Assembly (NCBI GenBank): GCA_963701075.1
Contig: OY969559.1
Coordinates: 704,001-768,000, forward strand
Origin: an uncultured Nitrososphaerota archaeon
Lineage (GTDB): Archaea; Thermoproteota; Nitrososphaeria; Nitrososphaerales; Nitrosopumilaceae
Length of the DNA: 64,000 nt
Direction of reading: 5' to 3'
This document shows positions 11,696-20,391 of the stretch, in pieces. The notes under the pieces are model-generated. The model had not been told where the DNA came from. It searched no databases and was given only the letters and a program-made list of their open reading frames with translations. The position numbers and the translations under genes were made by a program. Numbering within the stretch: position 1 is the first letter of the stretch; the number at the start of each line of letters is the position of its first letter.

Positions 11696-12133
11696 ATGGC
11701 AAAATCACCCCTTGGTCTATTTGCAGGAAGAGTTCTTAGAGATAAAAGAAAGAGACAAAGATGGTCTATTGGAACTTACAAGAGAAGACAACTCGGACTG
11801 GATAAAAAGGCAAGCCCTCTTGGAGGAGCGCCTCAAGCCCGCGGCATTGTACTGGAAAAAGTAGGAATTGAAGCTAAACAACCCAACTCTGCTGTGAGAA
11901 AATGTGTACGTGTTCAACTCATAAAGAACGGTAAGACTGTAACTGCATTTCTTCCAAAAGACGGAGCGCTAAATTTTGTTGATGAACACGATGAGGTGCA
12001 CGTAGAAGGAATGGGTGCATCTATGGGTGGAGCAATGGGAGATATTCCTGGAGTAAGATGGAAAGTATTCAAGGTAAACGGCACTTCACTTAAAGAACTA
12101 GTTTACGGTAAGAAAGAAAAACCGAGAAGATAG
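11696..12133 (+). CDS. rps12: Ribosomal protein S12 (uS12)
   Basis: [15 protein letters not shown] and GDIPGVRW motifs. Confidence 0.97.
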   Translation: MAKSPLGLFAGRVLRDKRKRQRWSIGTYKRRQLGLDKKASPLGGAPQARGIVLEKVGIEAKQPNSAVRKCVRVQLIKNGKTVTAFLPKDGALNFVDEHDEVHVEGMGASMGGAMGDIPGVRWKVFKVNGTSLKELVYGKKEKPRR

Positions 12134-12135
12134 AA

Positions 12136-12735
12136 ATGACTGAAACACAGAATCTTTTACTTTTTAGAAAATGGGATACCTCCAAAATTGAGATTAAAGA
12201 TCCAGGTCTGAGAAATGTCATCTCGCTAAAAAAAGAGATAATCCCAATATCCTTTGGCCGTTCCGCACTGAAGCGATTTAACAAAGCTGAGGTCAACATA
12301 ACTGAGAGACTTGTAAACAAGTTATCTCATTTTGGAAAAAAATATGCAAAGAACACTGGCAGAATGGGTGGAAAAAAGATTCACGCTATAAATACAGTCA
12401 AGACGGCATTTGAAATCATGCATCTTAAAACAGGAAAGAATCCTGTTGAAGTCTTGATAAGAGCAGTAGAACACTCAGCTCCAAACGAAGATACTACAAG
12501 AATAGTTTACGGTGGAACCGTATATCATGTTTCAGTAGATGTTGCTCCTCTTCGAAGAATTGATCTTGCTCTTAGATTCATAGCAGAAGGGGTAAGGGAT
12601 GCAACATTTTCAAATCCAAAGGCGATAGAGGAAAACCTTGCAGAGCACTTGATACTTGCCGCTGCAAACGACATGAACGCACCTTCTGTTAAAAAGAAGA
12701 ATGAGTGAGAAAGAATTGCAATGGCCTCTAGGTAG
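12136..12735 (+). CDS. rps7: Ribosomal protein S7 (uS7), in-frame TGA at 12706-12708
   Basis: SVDVAPLRRIDLALR; the conserved tail ERIAMASR follows the TGA in the same frame. Confidence 0.93.
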
Positions 12736-12755
12736 AAGAGTTTTAAAAAATAAGA

Positions 12756-12859
12756 TAGCCCGAGGCAGATTCGAACTGCCGTCTCCAGGTGTCCTCTCGT
12801 AAGATCCAGAGCCTGGAATCCCTAGCCCAAAAATTGTTTGGCCACTAGACTATCGGGCT
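12756..12859 (-). tRNA. tRNA-Gln(CTG) with two introns (about 12822-12837 in the D-arm, about 12791-12805 in the anticodon loop)
   Basis: Acceptor AGCCCGA/TCGGGCT, T-arm GGCAG-TTCGAAT-CTGCC, anticodon stem CCAGG/CCTGG with CT-CTG-G; 104 nt minus 31 nt gives 73 nt. Confidence 0.88.
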
Positions 12860-12921
12860 ACCAAAACGAGTGGTATAAGTTGAGAATATAATTATTAGGT
12901 TTTACGGTCTGTCCTACGCCT

Positions 12922-13323
12922 GTAAAGTCAGAAACACCCTGACATTACACCTGACATTATGATTTCAACTGATTTTAAACAGTTTTCATTGAAATAAACT
13001 GTTTAAACTCAGTTCATGATTTTAAACTAAAAATTTGAACTAGTTTAAACGCACGCACGAAATTTGTTGAAATGTACTTTAAACACTTTTTCTACACTTT
13101 CATGAGTAGAAAATTTGTTTAAACTTGTTTTTCTACGAGTAGAAATGGGCAAGAAAGAGTGTATCACCTGTTTTCCAATCTGAACTGACTTTAAACACTG
13201 TTTAGCACTTTAAACTTACGGCTAATACTTTGAACTTGACGTTAATCTGTAAACTGTTCATGAATTTAATTTTAAACTAGCAAGTGTAATTTTTGACGCA
13301 CGAAATTTAGAAAAAACAGGAAA
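12922..13323. repeat. Left non-coding element, inverted homologue of 26352-26730
   Basis: Colinear anchors GACATTA x2, GCACGCACGAA (13051-13061), AACTGTTCATGAA (13252-13264). Confidence 0.85.
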
Positions 13324-13512
13324 CTAGGAAAGTCGTGCGTAAGAAACTAGGAAAAACTAAGAAATTGCTATGTGAGAAGATGATGGTGTTACTAGATAGT
13401 TTCCTAGTTTGGAAATTTCCAAACTTTCCTTGGAAAGTTTCCTTGACAGGAAAAATTCATGCCAACTTGAAATTATGGAAAGGTACAAGTCAAGAAAGTC
13501 CCTAGTTTTCCA
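13315..13512. repeat. Block of short AAACTAGGAAA / TTTCCTAGTTT-type repeats
   Basis: gaaactaggaaa twice, aaactaagaaa, tttcctagtttggaaa, ccctagttttcc. Confidence 0.7.
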
Positions 13513-13939
13513 TCATACAATTATTGATATGGAAGGTATCTAATACCAATCCCAGTCGTGCTGTCAAGTGATAATCATATGTCAGATGGGGCAAGCGAAC
13601 ATTTTTCCCTACTCCAAGACACTCGAAATCTTTGTGTGTTGCTAGGCGTCCCAACAACAAACCTGGCACGTTTGTGTGTGGAAAGCCTCTTAACTTTTCA
13701 TGTTGTGTTTTGTTTAGATCGCCCATGGCAATAGACGCATAGCCTATAACATTCACATTTTTGTAGACAAACACCCATGTTTGAGCAATCATATTCCTTT
13801 GGTCATCACATGCTTCTTTTTTGATATAATCTTCATAGATTTTATTACTACATTTGAAATCCTTGATATCGAATAGATTTTCTTCTAAACGATAAACCTC
13901 AACTTCCGTATCTAAATTAATTGAAGTGACTTTAGACAT
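13502..13939 (-). pseudogene. GNAT acetyltransferase toxin (AtaT/TacT-like), truncated after motif A
   Basis: DFKC…YIKKEA, VIGYASI, PGLLLGRLATHKDFECLGVGK, then unrelated sequence. Confidence 0.75.
13521..13608 (-). pseudogene. 3' remnant of an exported-protein gene paralogous to 25166..26335
   Basis: Reads GKMFACP-TYDYH-DSTTGIGIRYLPYQ* versus GKQFECPMGTYDYHIDSTTGIGVKYMPVK*; 22 bp identical (ttgacagcacgactgggattgg). Confidence 0.85.
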
Positions 13940-13949
13940 GAAAAATTAA

Positions 13950-14093
13950 TTATCTATGTACTTTTAACTTTGATCCGCTTTTCACGGCATCTTGAATTAT
14001 CCTTATTTTTTCTGAGGTTGGTTCTTTCTTAAGCTCCGCTACAAATTCGCTCCATTCTTCATTATCCAATGGTTGGACTTCTCGCAATGCCAT
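13950..14093 (-). CDS. 47-aa putative antitoxin resembling the DUF1778 C-terminus
   Basis: Read by hand: MALREVQPLDNEEWSEFVAELKKEPTSEKIRIIQDAVKSGSKLKVHR, 10 bp upstream of the GNAT gene. Confidence 0.6.
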   Translation of the reverse strand: MALREVQPLDNEEWSEFVAELKKEPTSEKIRIIQDAVKSGSKLKVHR

Positions 14094-14755
14094 GTTACTA
14101 ATATGTATACATATTATTTGATTTTTGTGTAAATAGTATACTGTATACTGTACTTGGATGCATTTTGTATGGCAAACTTACCTATGTGTCTTTTTCGATA
14201 ATCAACCATTTACCTTCTGCTTAATGGTTAGGCAATTGAAAGGTGTTTTACTCTGACTCGTCAAGAGGGCATAGATGAGGGCAATATTTGAAAAATTCTC
14301 TCATTTCCTGATCATAGATGTCTTTTGGTATGGTGGCCATTCCTTTTCCATCTAAAGATGGTTTAAAACGCATGATGTATTCTTGTCATAACGATTACCT
14401 CTGTATTTTTCCAACATTTTTTGAGTGAACATGTTGAGCATATGAGTTTGTTGGTCATGTTCTGCTTGGATTTTACGCATCAAGTCATCAATCATGACTG
14501 TTATTTTGGTTTCGAAATTGATAAGGTTTGTTGCTAATTACAAAATTCGAATTCAAGGGAAATAATGAATCATAGAATAGGATAAAGATCCAATGCGACG
14601 ACGAAGAAAAAATAACGGAATATCTGAAAATGAGGTTGAGGTCGGTGGAGTGATTGAAGTGGATCTTAGACAGTTGACTGCACAGGATGAAAATTAATCC
14701 AATAACTTAACTTAACTGATATAAAATTTAACTAGAGGCGATCCTTACAGAAAAT

Positions 14756-14878
14756 ATGGATGGTGAGTATACATGTGGCTGTTTCGTCTGCGGGAAATTA
14801 TTCTTTGAGGAAGATGATTGCACGGAACATATGCAAACGGAACACGGCGGTAGAAGAAAGGATCAGCCTAACTTTTGA
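14756..14878 (+). CDS. 40-aa C2H2 zinc-finger microprotein
   Basis: Read by hand: MDGEYTCGCFVCGKLFFEEDDCTEHMQTEHGGRRKDQPNF (C-x2-C-x12-H-x4-H). Confidence 0.6.
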   Translation: MDGEYTCGCFVCGKLFFEEDDCTEHMQTEHGGRRKDQPNF

Positions 14879-14879
14879 A

Positions 14880-15167
14880 TCATATGTCAACACCATTATA
14901 TCTTCTACATAGCCAAGTTTTCCTTTCTTGAACGATGTTAGACTTTGATGATTTCGAAGGATCTGGGTATTCTAATTTTAATATTCTATGTTTTGAATCA
15001 AACGCCATTTTTAGTAGTATTAATGCCCCAACTCCCATCAAAAATAATCCAGAAAGAAATAGACTACCAATTGCACCTGTAGTATCATTTTGGTACCTGA
15101 GTACAATCGTTGAAACAATCATACCAAAACCAGTGGCAAGTACAGCAGCTCCAACCGCGGTTTCCAC
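14880..15167 (-). CDS. Small membrane protein or gene fragment with two TM helices
   Basis: Two hydrophobic segments; start uncertain. Confidence 0.4.
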   Translation of the reverse strand: METAVGAAVLATGFGMIVSTIVLRYQNDTTGAIGSLFLSGLFLMGVGALILLKMAFDSKHRILKLEYPDPSKSSKSNIVQERKTWLCRRYNGVDI

Positions 15168-15190
15168 GCCTGAGCGTATTCCTTCAATCG

Positions 15191-15541
15191 TTAAGCGTTT
15201 TTGAATCTAAATATTTTTTCTCCTACATCTTTTGGAAAATTGTCTACCTCGACATTATCTGAAAGAAATCTCATCTTTGGTATAACGCCGGATCTGATTA
15301 TTCCTCGCTTTAGATGTACATTTGCAATGTCTGTATATCTATAATCTTCTAGATTTTTTCGCAAACCTAGGGTAGTAGGTCTTTTCACTATTACTCGTTG
15401 AGAAGTAATAAAGATAGTTTCTGGATTTATCAGCGAGGCAGATCTATCTGTCTCTGCTGAAAGTAGAACTTTCTCATTGAATTGCAATAATCTCTTGACA
15501 TCATCTGGTACTTCGATTTCCTTTCCAGTAAAGAAACTCAT
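15191..15541 (-). CDS. Bacterial PH-domain protein (possibly truncated)
   Basis: LLQFNEKVL…IFITSQRVI…YTDIANVHLKRGI pattern. Confidence 0.65.
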   Translation of the reverse strand: MSFFTGKEIEVPDDVKRLLQFNEKVLLSAETDRSASLINPETIFITSQRVIVKRPTTLGLRKNLEDYRYTDIANVHLKRGIIRSGVIPKMRFLSDNVEVDNFPKDVGEKIFRFKNA

Positions 15542-15611
15542 TTGCTGGCTATCTCAGTGCATAGTAATAGAAAAGGGTTAGGGTAGTATTTTGGCAGTTT
15601 TGATAAATTTT

Positions 15612-16991
15612 TCAACTGCATGTGTAAGATGCTACAAGATTCACATTCTTTGTCGAAATCGTCGAGTAGGCATTGGACAATATCAGATAGTATTGTCCGG
15701 AAGACAGACCAATGTTCAATGTCCCTAAAGCTACCTTGCCGCTATTGTAATACGTATAGGGAGAGCCACCTGACTGGAACTGCCTAAACCCAGTAGAATC
15801 AACCACATATACAATGATGTTATTTCCAAGTGAGGCTTGTGCAGAAAACTCTCCGGTTACAGTTCCAGAACACTGCATGTTAAATGGAATGTAGGTATAG
15901 GTATGGGGACCAACCTGATACACAGAATTTGCTATGAGAAAGCTAGGCACTTGAGAATTGGAAGGATTGGGGTTGATTGCACTGACTGGATTTTTTTGTC
16001 CTGCTAGTTCTAGTTGTTGTGATAGAGATGGGTTTTGGTTTGATGTCAGAGTTGATTGGTATGCATTTACCTGAATTGAAATATCTTCACTTCTTGCGCT
16101 AGAATATCCAGAACCTCCTTGGAATATTGCATAGATGTTGGCAGTGTTGCTAGTTGCAGGCTTTGTTGCAGTCCAAGTCACACTAAACTGGCCATTTGAA
16201 TCAGTATATGACGAACCTAAAATTACATCTGGAGCAAGGGTGATGTCTCTTTGAACATCAACCGTCTGGTTTAGAATGCCGTTACCATTTGAATCGGTTA
16301 ACCGTCCTGAGAATGTCACTGTTTGACCTTGTGAAACAGTATAAGCTGATGACTGTATGTTGATGCTTGTCCCTACTAATGGAGAAGACGGGTTAGAGTT
16401 GTTTGAATATCCTGAATTCTGTGAGCTTCCAAAAATGTGGCTTTTCAATTCATTAACTACATTTACTTGTCTTGTGGATTCAAATGGTACTGGAACAGAA
16501 AGCCCCAAGAAGTTAAAGTATGCAGTACCGCTTACCTTGAAATTTATCACGCCGCCAGATTCTACTATTGAAGCAACAGCGGGTTTTATGCTGCTAAACT
16601 GAATATCCTGGTTGTCCTCAATGCTTTTTGTTTCGCCCGGATTGATTGTTTCGTCTATGTGACTCTGGCCTTGTCCCACCTTTACATCATTTATCAAGAG
16701 ATCATATGATACATCTGGGATGTAGACTGGAAAAAATCCATGGTTACTTAGAGCAAATCCTAGTCCCAGTTTGACTCCAGTTATCAGATCAAGTGCAGCC
16801 CCAAGCCAATTTTGCAATAGAGCATTGATACCTGCTTTAACAAGGGATCCTTGAGTTAGGGAGACGTCAAGACTTTGATATGATATGTTTTCAAGACTGA
16901 TCTGAATCTGAGTATAAGAATATGCAATCAGGCCAAGTATAATTCCAACAATTGCTACAGCTATGATTGCAGCAATAACCCCCGTCTTCAT
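15612..16991 (-). CDS. Membrane-anchored LEA_2/WHy-domain protein with Ig-like and C-terminal beta-sandwich domains
   Basis: N-terminal TM; NHGFFPVYIPDVSYDLLINDVKVG LEA_2 pattern; TDSNGQFS Ig-like motif; start taken at MKTGV. Confidence 0.65.
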   Translation of the reverse strand: MKTGVIAAIIAVAIVGIILGLIAYSYTQIQISLENISYQSLDVSLTQGSLVKAGINALLQNWLGAALDLITGVKLGLGFALSNHGFFPVYIPDVSYDLLINDVKVGQGQSHIDETINPGETKSIEDNQDIQFSSIKPAVASIVESGGVINFKVSGTAYFNFLGLSVPVPFESTRQVNVVNELKSHIFGSSQNSGYSNNSNPSSPLVGTSINIQSSAYTVSQGQTVTFSGRLTDSNGNGILNQTVDVQRDITLAPDVILGSSYTDSNGQFSVTWTATKPATSNTANIYAIFQGGSGYSSARSEDISIQVNAYQSTLTSNQNPSLSQQLELAGQKNPVSAINPNPSNSQVPSFLIANSVYQVGPHTYTYIPFNMQCSGTVTGEFSAQASLGNNIIVYVVDSTGFRQFQSGGSPYTYYNSGKVALGTLNIGLSSGQYYLILSNAYSTISTKNVNLVASYTCS

Positions 16992-17002
16992 GCCTAGTTC
17001 AT

Positions 17003-17054
17003 TCCGGTACAACTAGATAAATAAGATCATAATTCAAATCTAGAGAAAATCTAC
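17003..17054. repeat. 52-bp direct repeat, copy 1
   Basis: tccggtacaactagataaataagatcataattcaaatctagagaaaatctac; one mismatch to 20392-20443. Confidence 0.92.
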
Positions 17055-17091
17055 AGTTTTTCAAAGATTCTTGCTATGAGAAATGTCACAA

Positions 17092-17361
17092 TCACTTTCT
17101 TGAAAATGGAGCAAGTGATTTTTCTCTCAACCCAAAAATTAGAATTGGTATTCCAATTATTACTATACAAAGAGAAATCAAACGGAATAATAGCCAATTT
17201 GAATAATTGCCAGAACATTCGTGAGATGTAAAAGGTTGAGTAGAATCTATCTGACAAGTTGGAATAAACATGTGTAACACCAGCAAATTATTCTGGGGTA
17301 TGGACAAAATCGAGCCAACAACAATCATTGCAATGCCTGCCACAACTTTTAGTTTATTCAT
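17092..17361 (-). CDS. Small membrane protein with two TM helices
   Basis: Two hydrophobic helices flanking a Cys-containing loop. Confidence 0.55.
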   Translation of the reverse strand: MNKLKVVAGIAMIVVGSILSIPQNNLLVLHMFIPTCQIDSTQPFTSHECSGNYSNWLLFRLISLCIVIIGIPILIFGLREKSLAPFSRK

Positions 17362-17489
17362 ACTCTCAACTAGAACAATTTTTGATAATTAGGTTTGTGG
17401 AACAATCTTACAGTGGGAATCTACACCAGTTTTTTAAAGTTTGAAAAGTGGATAATTATATATTTTGAGACCTCCGGGAAGTTATTACG

Positions 17490-17900
17490 ATGAACCCATC
17501 CGAACAAATTGACAAACGGATCGCAGAACTAGCAGATTGGCGTGGCGATGTGCTTGCCAAACTTCGTAAAATCATCCATGATGCTGATCCAAAAGTGATC
17601 GAGGAATGGAAATGGATGGGAACCCCAACCTGGTCGCATGATGGGATATTCGTGATAGTAAATGCGCACAAAGACAAGGTGAAGATGACTTTTTCTCACG
17701 GCGCAAGTCTTCCAGATCCCGAGAAGGTCTTCAACGCGGGACTAGATGGTAACAAATGGCGCGCGATCGATTTCCATGAGGGCGACAAGATTAATGAACG
17801 TGCTTTGAAAAATTTCATCCGCTCGGCTATTGCGCTCAATACTGCTGCCTTGAAAAAGAAAACTTTCAAGACCCGACCTAAAGCAAAGAAAAAATCGTAA
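17490..17900 (+). CDS. DUF1801 (YdhG-like) protein
   Basis: LRKIIHDADPKVIEEWKWMGTPTWS…FSHGASLPDP. Confidence 0.9.
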   Translation: MNPSEQIDKRIAELADWRGDVLAKLRKIIHDADPKVIEEWKWMGTPTWSHDGIFVIVNAHKDKVKMTFSHGASLPDPEKVFNAGLDGNKWRAIDFHEGDKINERALKNFIRSAIALNTAALKKKTFKTRPKAKKKS

Positions 17901-17944
17901 CTAGGGCGGTTAAGCAAAAAGATAATTACTAAATCATAAGGCTT

Positions 17945-17980
17945 ATATTCCTATAAAGGAATATTCCTGTAGAGGAATAT
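17945..17980. promoter_or_regulatory. Tandem palindromic operator, probable ArsR autoregulation site
   Basis: ATATTCC-N6-GGAATAT twice, overlapping, 7 bp upstream of the arsR-family ATG. Confidence 0.75.
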
Positions 17981-17987
17981 TAAATTC

Positions 17988-18347
17988 ATGAAAGCTACCC
18001 TAAGTGCATTAAGTGTACTGGCAGAACCTAATCGTTTACATATTGTTGAACTTTTGCGTGATGGGCCACGACCAGTTGGAGATATTGTCAATAGACTCCG
18101 ATTACACCAACCACAAGTCTCCAAACATCTACACGTGTTAAGTAATGCTGGATTAGTCGAGATGCATCCAGTTGCGCAGCAACGGATCTACAAACTTCGT
18201 CCAGAACCACTCAAAGAGTTAGACACATGGCTGGAATCATATCGTAGCATTTGGAATGAGAAACTTGATCGACTGGATGATTATCTTATCAAACTACAAG
18301 AAAATGAAATGAAACAGAGAGGAAAGAAACATGGCAGAAAAAAATAG
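17988..18347 (+). CDS. ArsR/SmtB family transcriptional regulator
   Basis: LAEPNRLHIVELL…QPQVSKHLHVL…AGLV winged helix. Confidence 0.92.
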   Translation: MKATLSALSVLAEPNRLHIVELLRDGPRPVGDIVNRLRLHQPQVSKHLHVLSNAGLVEMHPVAQQRIYKLRPEPLKELDTWLESYRSIWNEKLDRLDDYLIKLQENEMKQRGKKHGRKK

Positions 18348-18849
18348 TACCAACACAGGAACATCGGATAGAGAACTCACTATCACACGAATATTTGATG
18401 CTCCACGTGAGCTAGTGTTCAAGGCTTGGACTGACCCAAAGATAATTGCAAAATGGTGGGGTCCAAGAGGCGTAACAAATCCTGTTTGTGATCTGGCTGC
18501 GCGACTTGGTGGCTCTATCCACATTGTTATGTTGGCAGGTAAAGACCTTGGCGACCTAGAAGGACAAAAGTGGCCCATGAAAGGAATCTTCAACGAAATC
18601 ATTCCGCCCAAGCGCATTGTTTTCACCTCTTCTGCAATAGAGGATGAAGACGGCAACCCACAACTCGAGAATAAAGTTACAATAATGCTTGAGGATTTTG
18701 GAGGAAAGACGAAAATGATACTACATATAGTCGTGACCAAGGCAGGGCCGGGAACAGAAGGACCGCTTTCTGGAATGGAGATGGGCTGGAATCAGAGCAT
18801 CGATAAGCTCGGGGAAGAGCTGGGAAAACGCGTTATTAGCACAGGTTGA
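18331..18849 (+). CDS. SRPBCC/AHSA1 domain protein
   Basis: ITRIFDAPRELVFKAWTDP…WWGP…GWNQSIDKL. Confidence 0.92.
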   Translation: MAEKNSTNTGTSDRELTITRIFDAPRELVFKAWTDPKIIAKWWGPRGVTNPVCDLAARLGGSIHIVMLAGKDLGDLEGQKWPMKGIFNEIIPPKRIVFTSSAIEDEDGNPQLENKVTIMLEDFGGKTKMILHIVVTKAGPGTEGPLSGMEMGWNQSIDKLGEELGKRVISTG

Positions 18850-19029
18850 AAACTCTACTTAACGTATAAAAATACTAAAGGAGTTTTTCAGCCTTCAAAG
18901 GCATAGGTTTAGGGAGTTTAAGAGAGTTTAAAACAGGCTTAGACTTTTGTCAGAGATAAAAAAAGCAGTTTGGTTGCAAATATCTTTATAATTTAGATTG
19001 TTAATCCGGTACCTAAACAGGAATATGAT

Positions 19030-20328
19030 ATGTCAACTGATCCAATAAAACATGTTATCGTACTCATGCTTGAAAACAATTCCTTTGATCATATTCTTGG
19101 ATCACTAACCAAGATAAAAAAAATTGATGGAGTGCAACCAAATTTACCATCCACTAACAATTATGCTGGGAATACCTACAAGCAAACAGCTGACAACTCT
19201 CCGATAGTTTCTCCAGATCCAATGCATGATCTCAAAGATACTCTAGCCCAGATTGGAACCGACGACAAGGGCAACGAGATGGGTAACTTTGTTGAAAATT
19301 ATTACGAGTCCTTCAAAGACAAGCCCCAGCCTGCACAGCTCGGGCAAGTTATGAATTATTATTCATTTAACAGCCTGCCTGTACTGCATCAACTAGCTAG
19401 TCAATTTACGATATGTGATCATTGGTTCTCTTCCATGCCTGGACCCACATGGCCAAACCGCCTCTTTGCCATGTCAGGCACTTCACTTGGGAGGGCAACA
19501 ATGCCATCAGGTATAATGGATCTCAGTCTTCACTTTTATGATCAAACCACAATATTTGACCGCCTTGACGAGAAGAAATTAACTTGGAAAGTATACTTTG
19601 GGGATATCCCAGTCTCGTTGGTTCTGGCCCATCAGTGGGAGCCACAAAATGCTGTTCGCCATAGGCCATTGCTCGAACTCTACGATGATTTCAAAAAAGA
19701 ATCAGAAGTGCCAAATTTTGTTTGGATAGAGCCAAGCTACATGCCGCCTACAGCAAACGATTACCATCCTCCACACAATGTTTTTCGTGGAGAAAAACTT
19801 GTTGCAGATGTCTACAACGCTTTGCGCGCAAACGAAGAACTTTGGAACTCTACTCTCTTTGTAGTGTTATTTGATGAGCATGGGGGCTTTTACAATCATG
19901 TCACACCCCCGCAAGCAACTCCTCCGGACAATAATAGCAAAGAGTGGACTTTTAATCAACTAGGTGTGCGGGTCCCTGCAATTCTTGTCTCTCCATGGGT
20001 TGGAAATGGTGTAATATCAGACACCTTTGACCACACAAGTCTGCTCAAATATTTGACAGACAAGTGGGGGCTAGGGACACTTGGAGCGCGGACAGCCAAT
20101 GCAAAAAGTTTTGCCAGTGCGATTTCATCTACATGCAGGCCAGATACTCTAAAACAACTAACAGTTCCATCTTTTGATGAAACCCAAACCATTCCAGACG
20201 AGCTAACAGAGCATGAAAAAGCCATGGTCTCTCTTTCTAAGGTACTGGAATCAAAGGCAGGAGAAGATGACAGTGTAATTGCCCAACGCAGCAAGCAGAG
20301 CTCAAAAAGACCTGTCTGGACAGATTGA
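19030..20328 (+). CDS. Phosphoesterase (phospholipase C / acid phosphatase family)
   Basis: IKHVIVLMLENNSFDH, GPTWPNR, DEHGGFYNHV, GVRVP, FDHTS motifs. Confidence 0.9.
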   Translation: MSTDPIKHVIVLMLENNSFDHILGSLTKIKKIDGVQPNLPSTNNYAGNTYKQTADNSPIVSPDPMHDLKDTLAQIGTDDKGNEMGNFVENYYESFKDKPQPAQLGQVMNYYSFNSLPVLHQLASQFTICDHWFSSMPGPTWPNRLFAMSGTSLGRATMPSGIMDLSLHFYDQTTIFDRLDEKKLTWKVYFGDIPVSLVLAHQWEPQNAVRHRPLLELYDDFKKESEVPNFVWIEPSYMPPTANDYHPPHNVFRGEKLVADVYNALRANEELWNSTLFVVLFDEHGGFYNHVTPPQATPPDNNSKEWTFNQLGVRVPAILVSPWVGNGVISDTFDHTSLLKYLTDKWGLGTLGARTANAKSFASAISSTCRPDTLKQLTVPSFDETQTIPDELTEHEKAMVSLSKVLESKAGEDDSVIAQRSKQSSKRPVWTD

Positions 20329-20391
20329 TGCAGCCTTGAGCCGTGTACAAGGTTTTCTTAGCCACCAAGCCTTCAAAATTTAGTGGCTCTA

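Noticed and set aside
12922-13512. CRISPR array or replication origin in the repeat-rich non-coding regions
   Set aside because: No regularly spaced identical repeats with unique spacers, no cas genes, no ORB G-string boxes and no adjacent cdc6/orc1.
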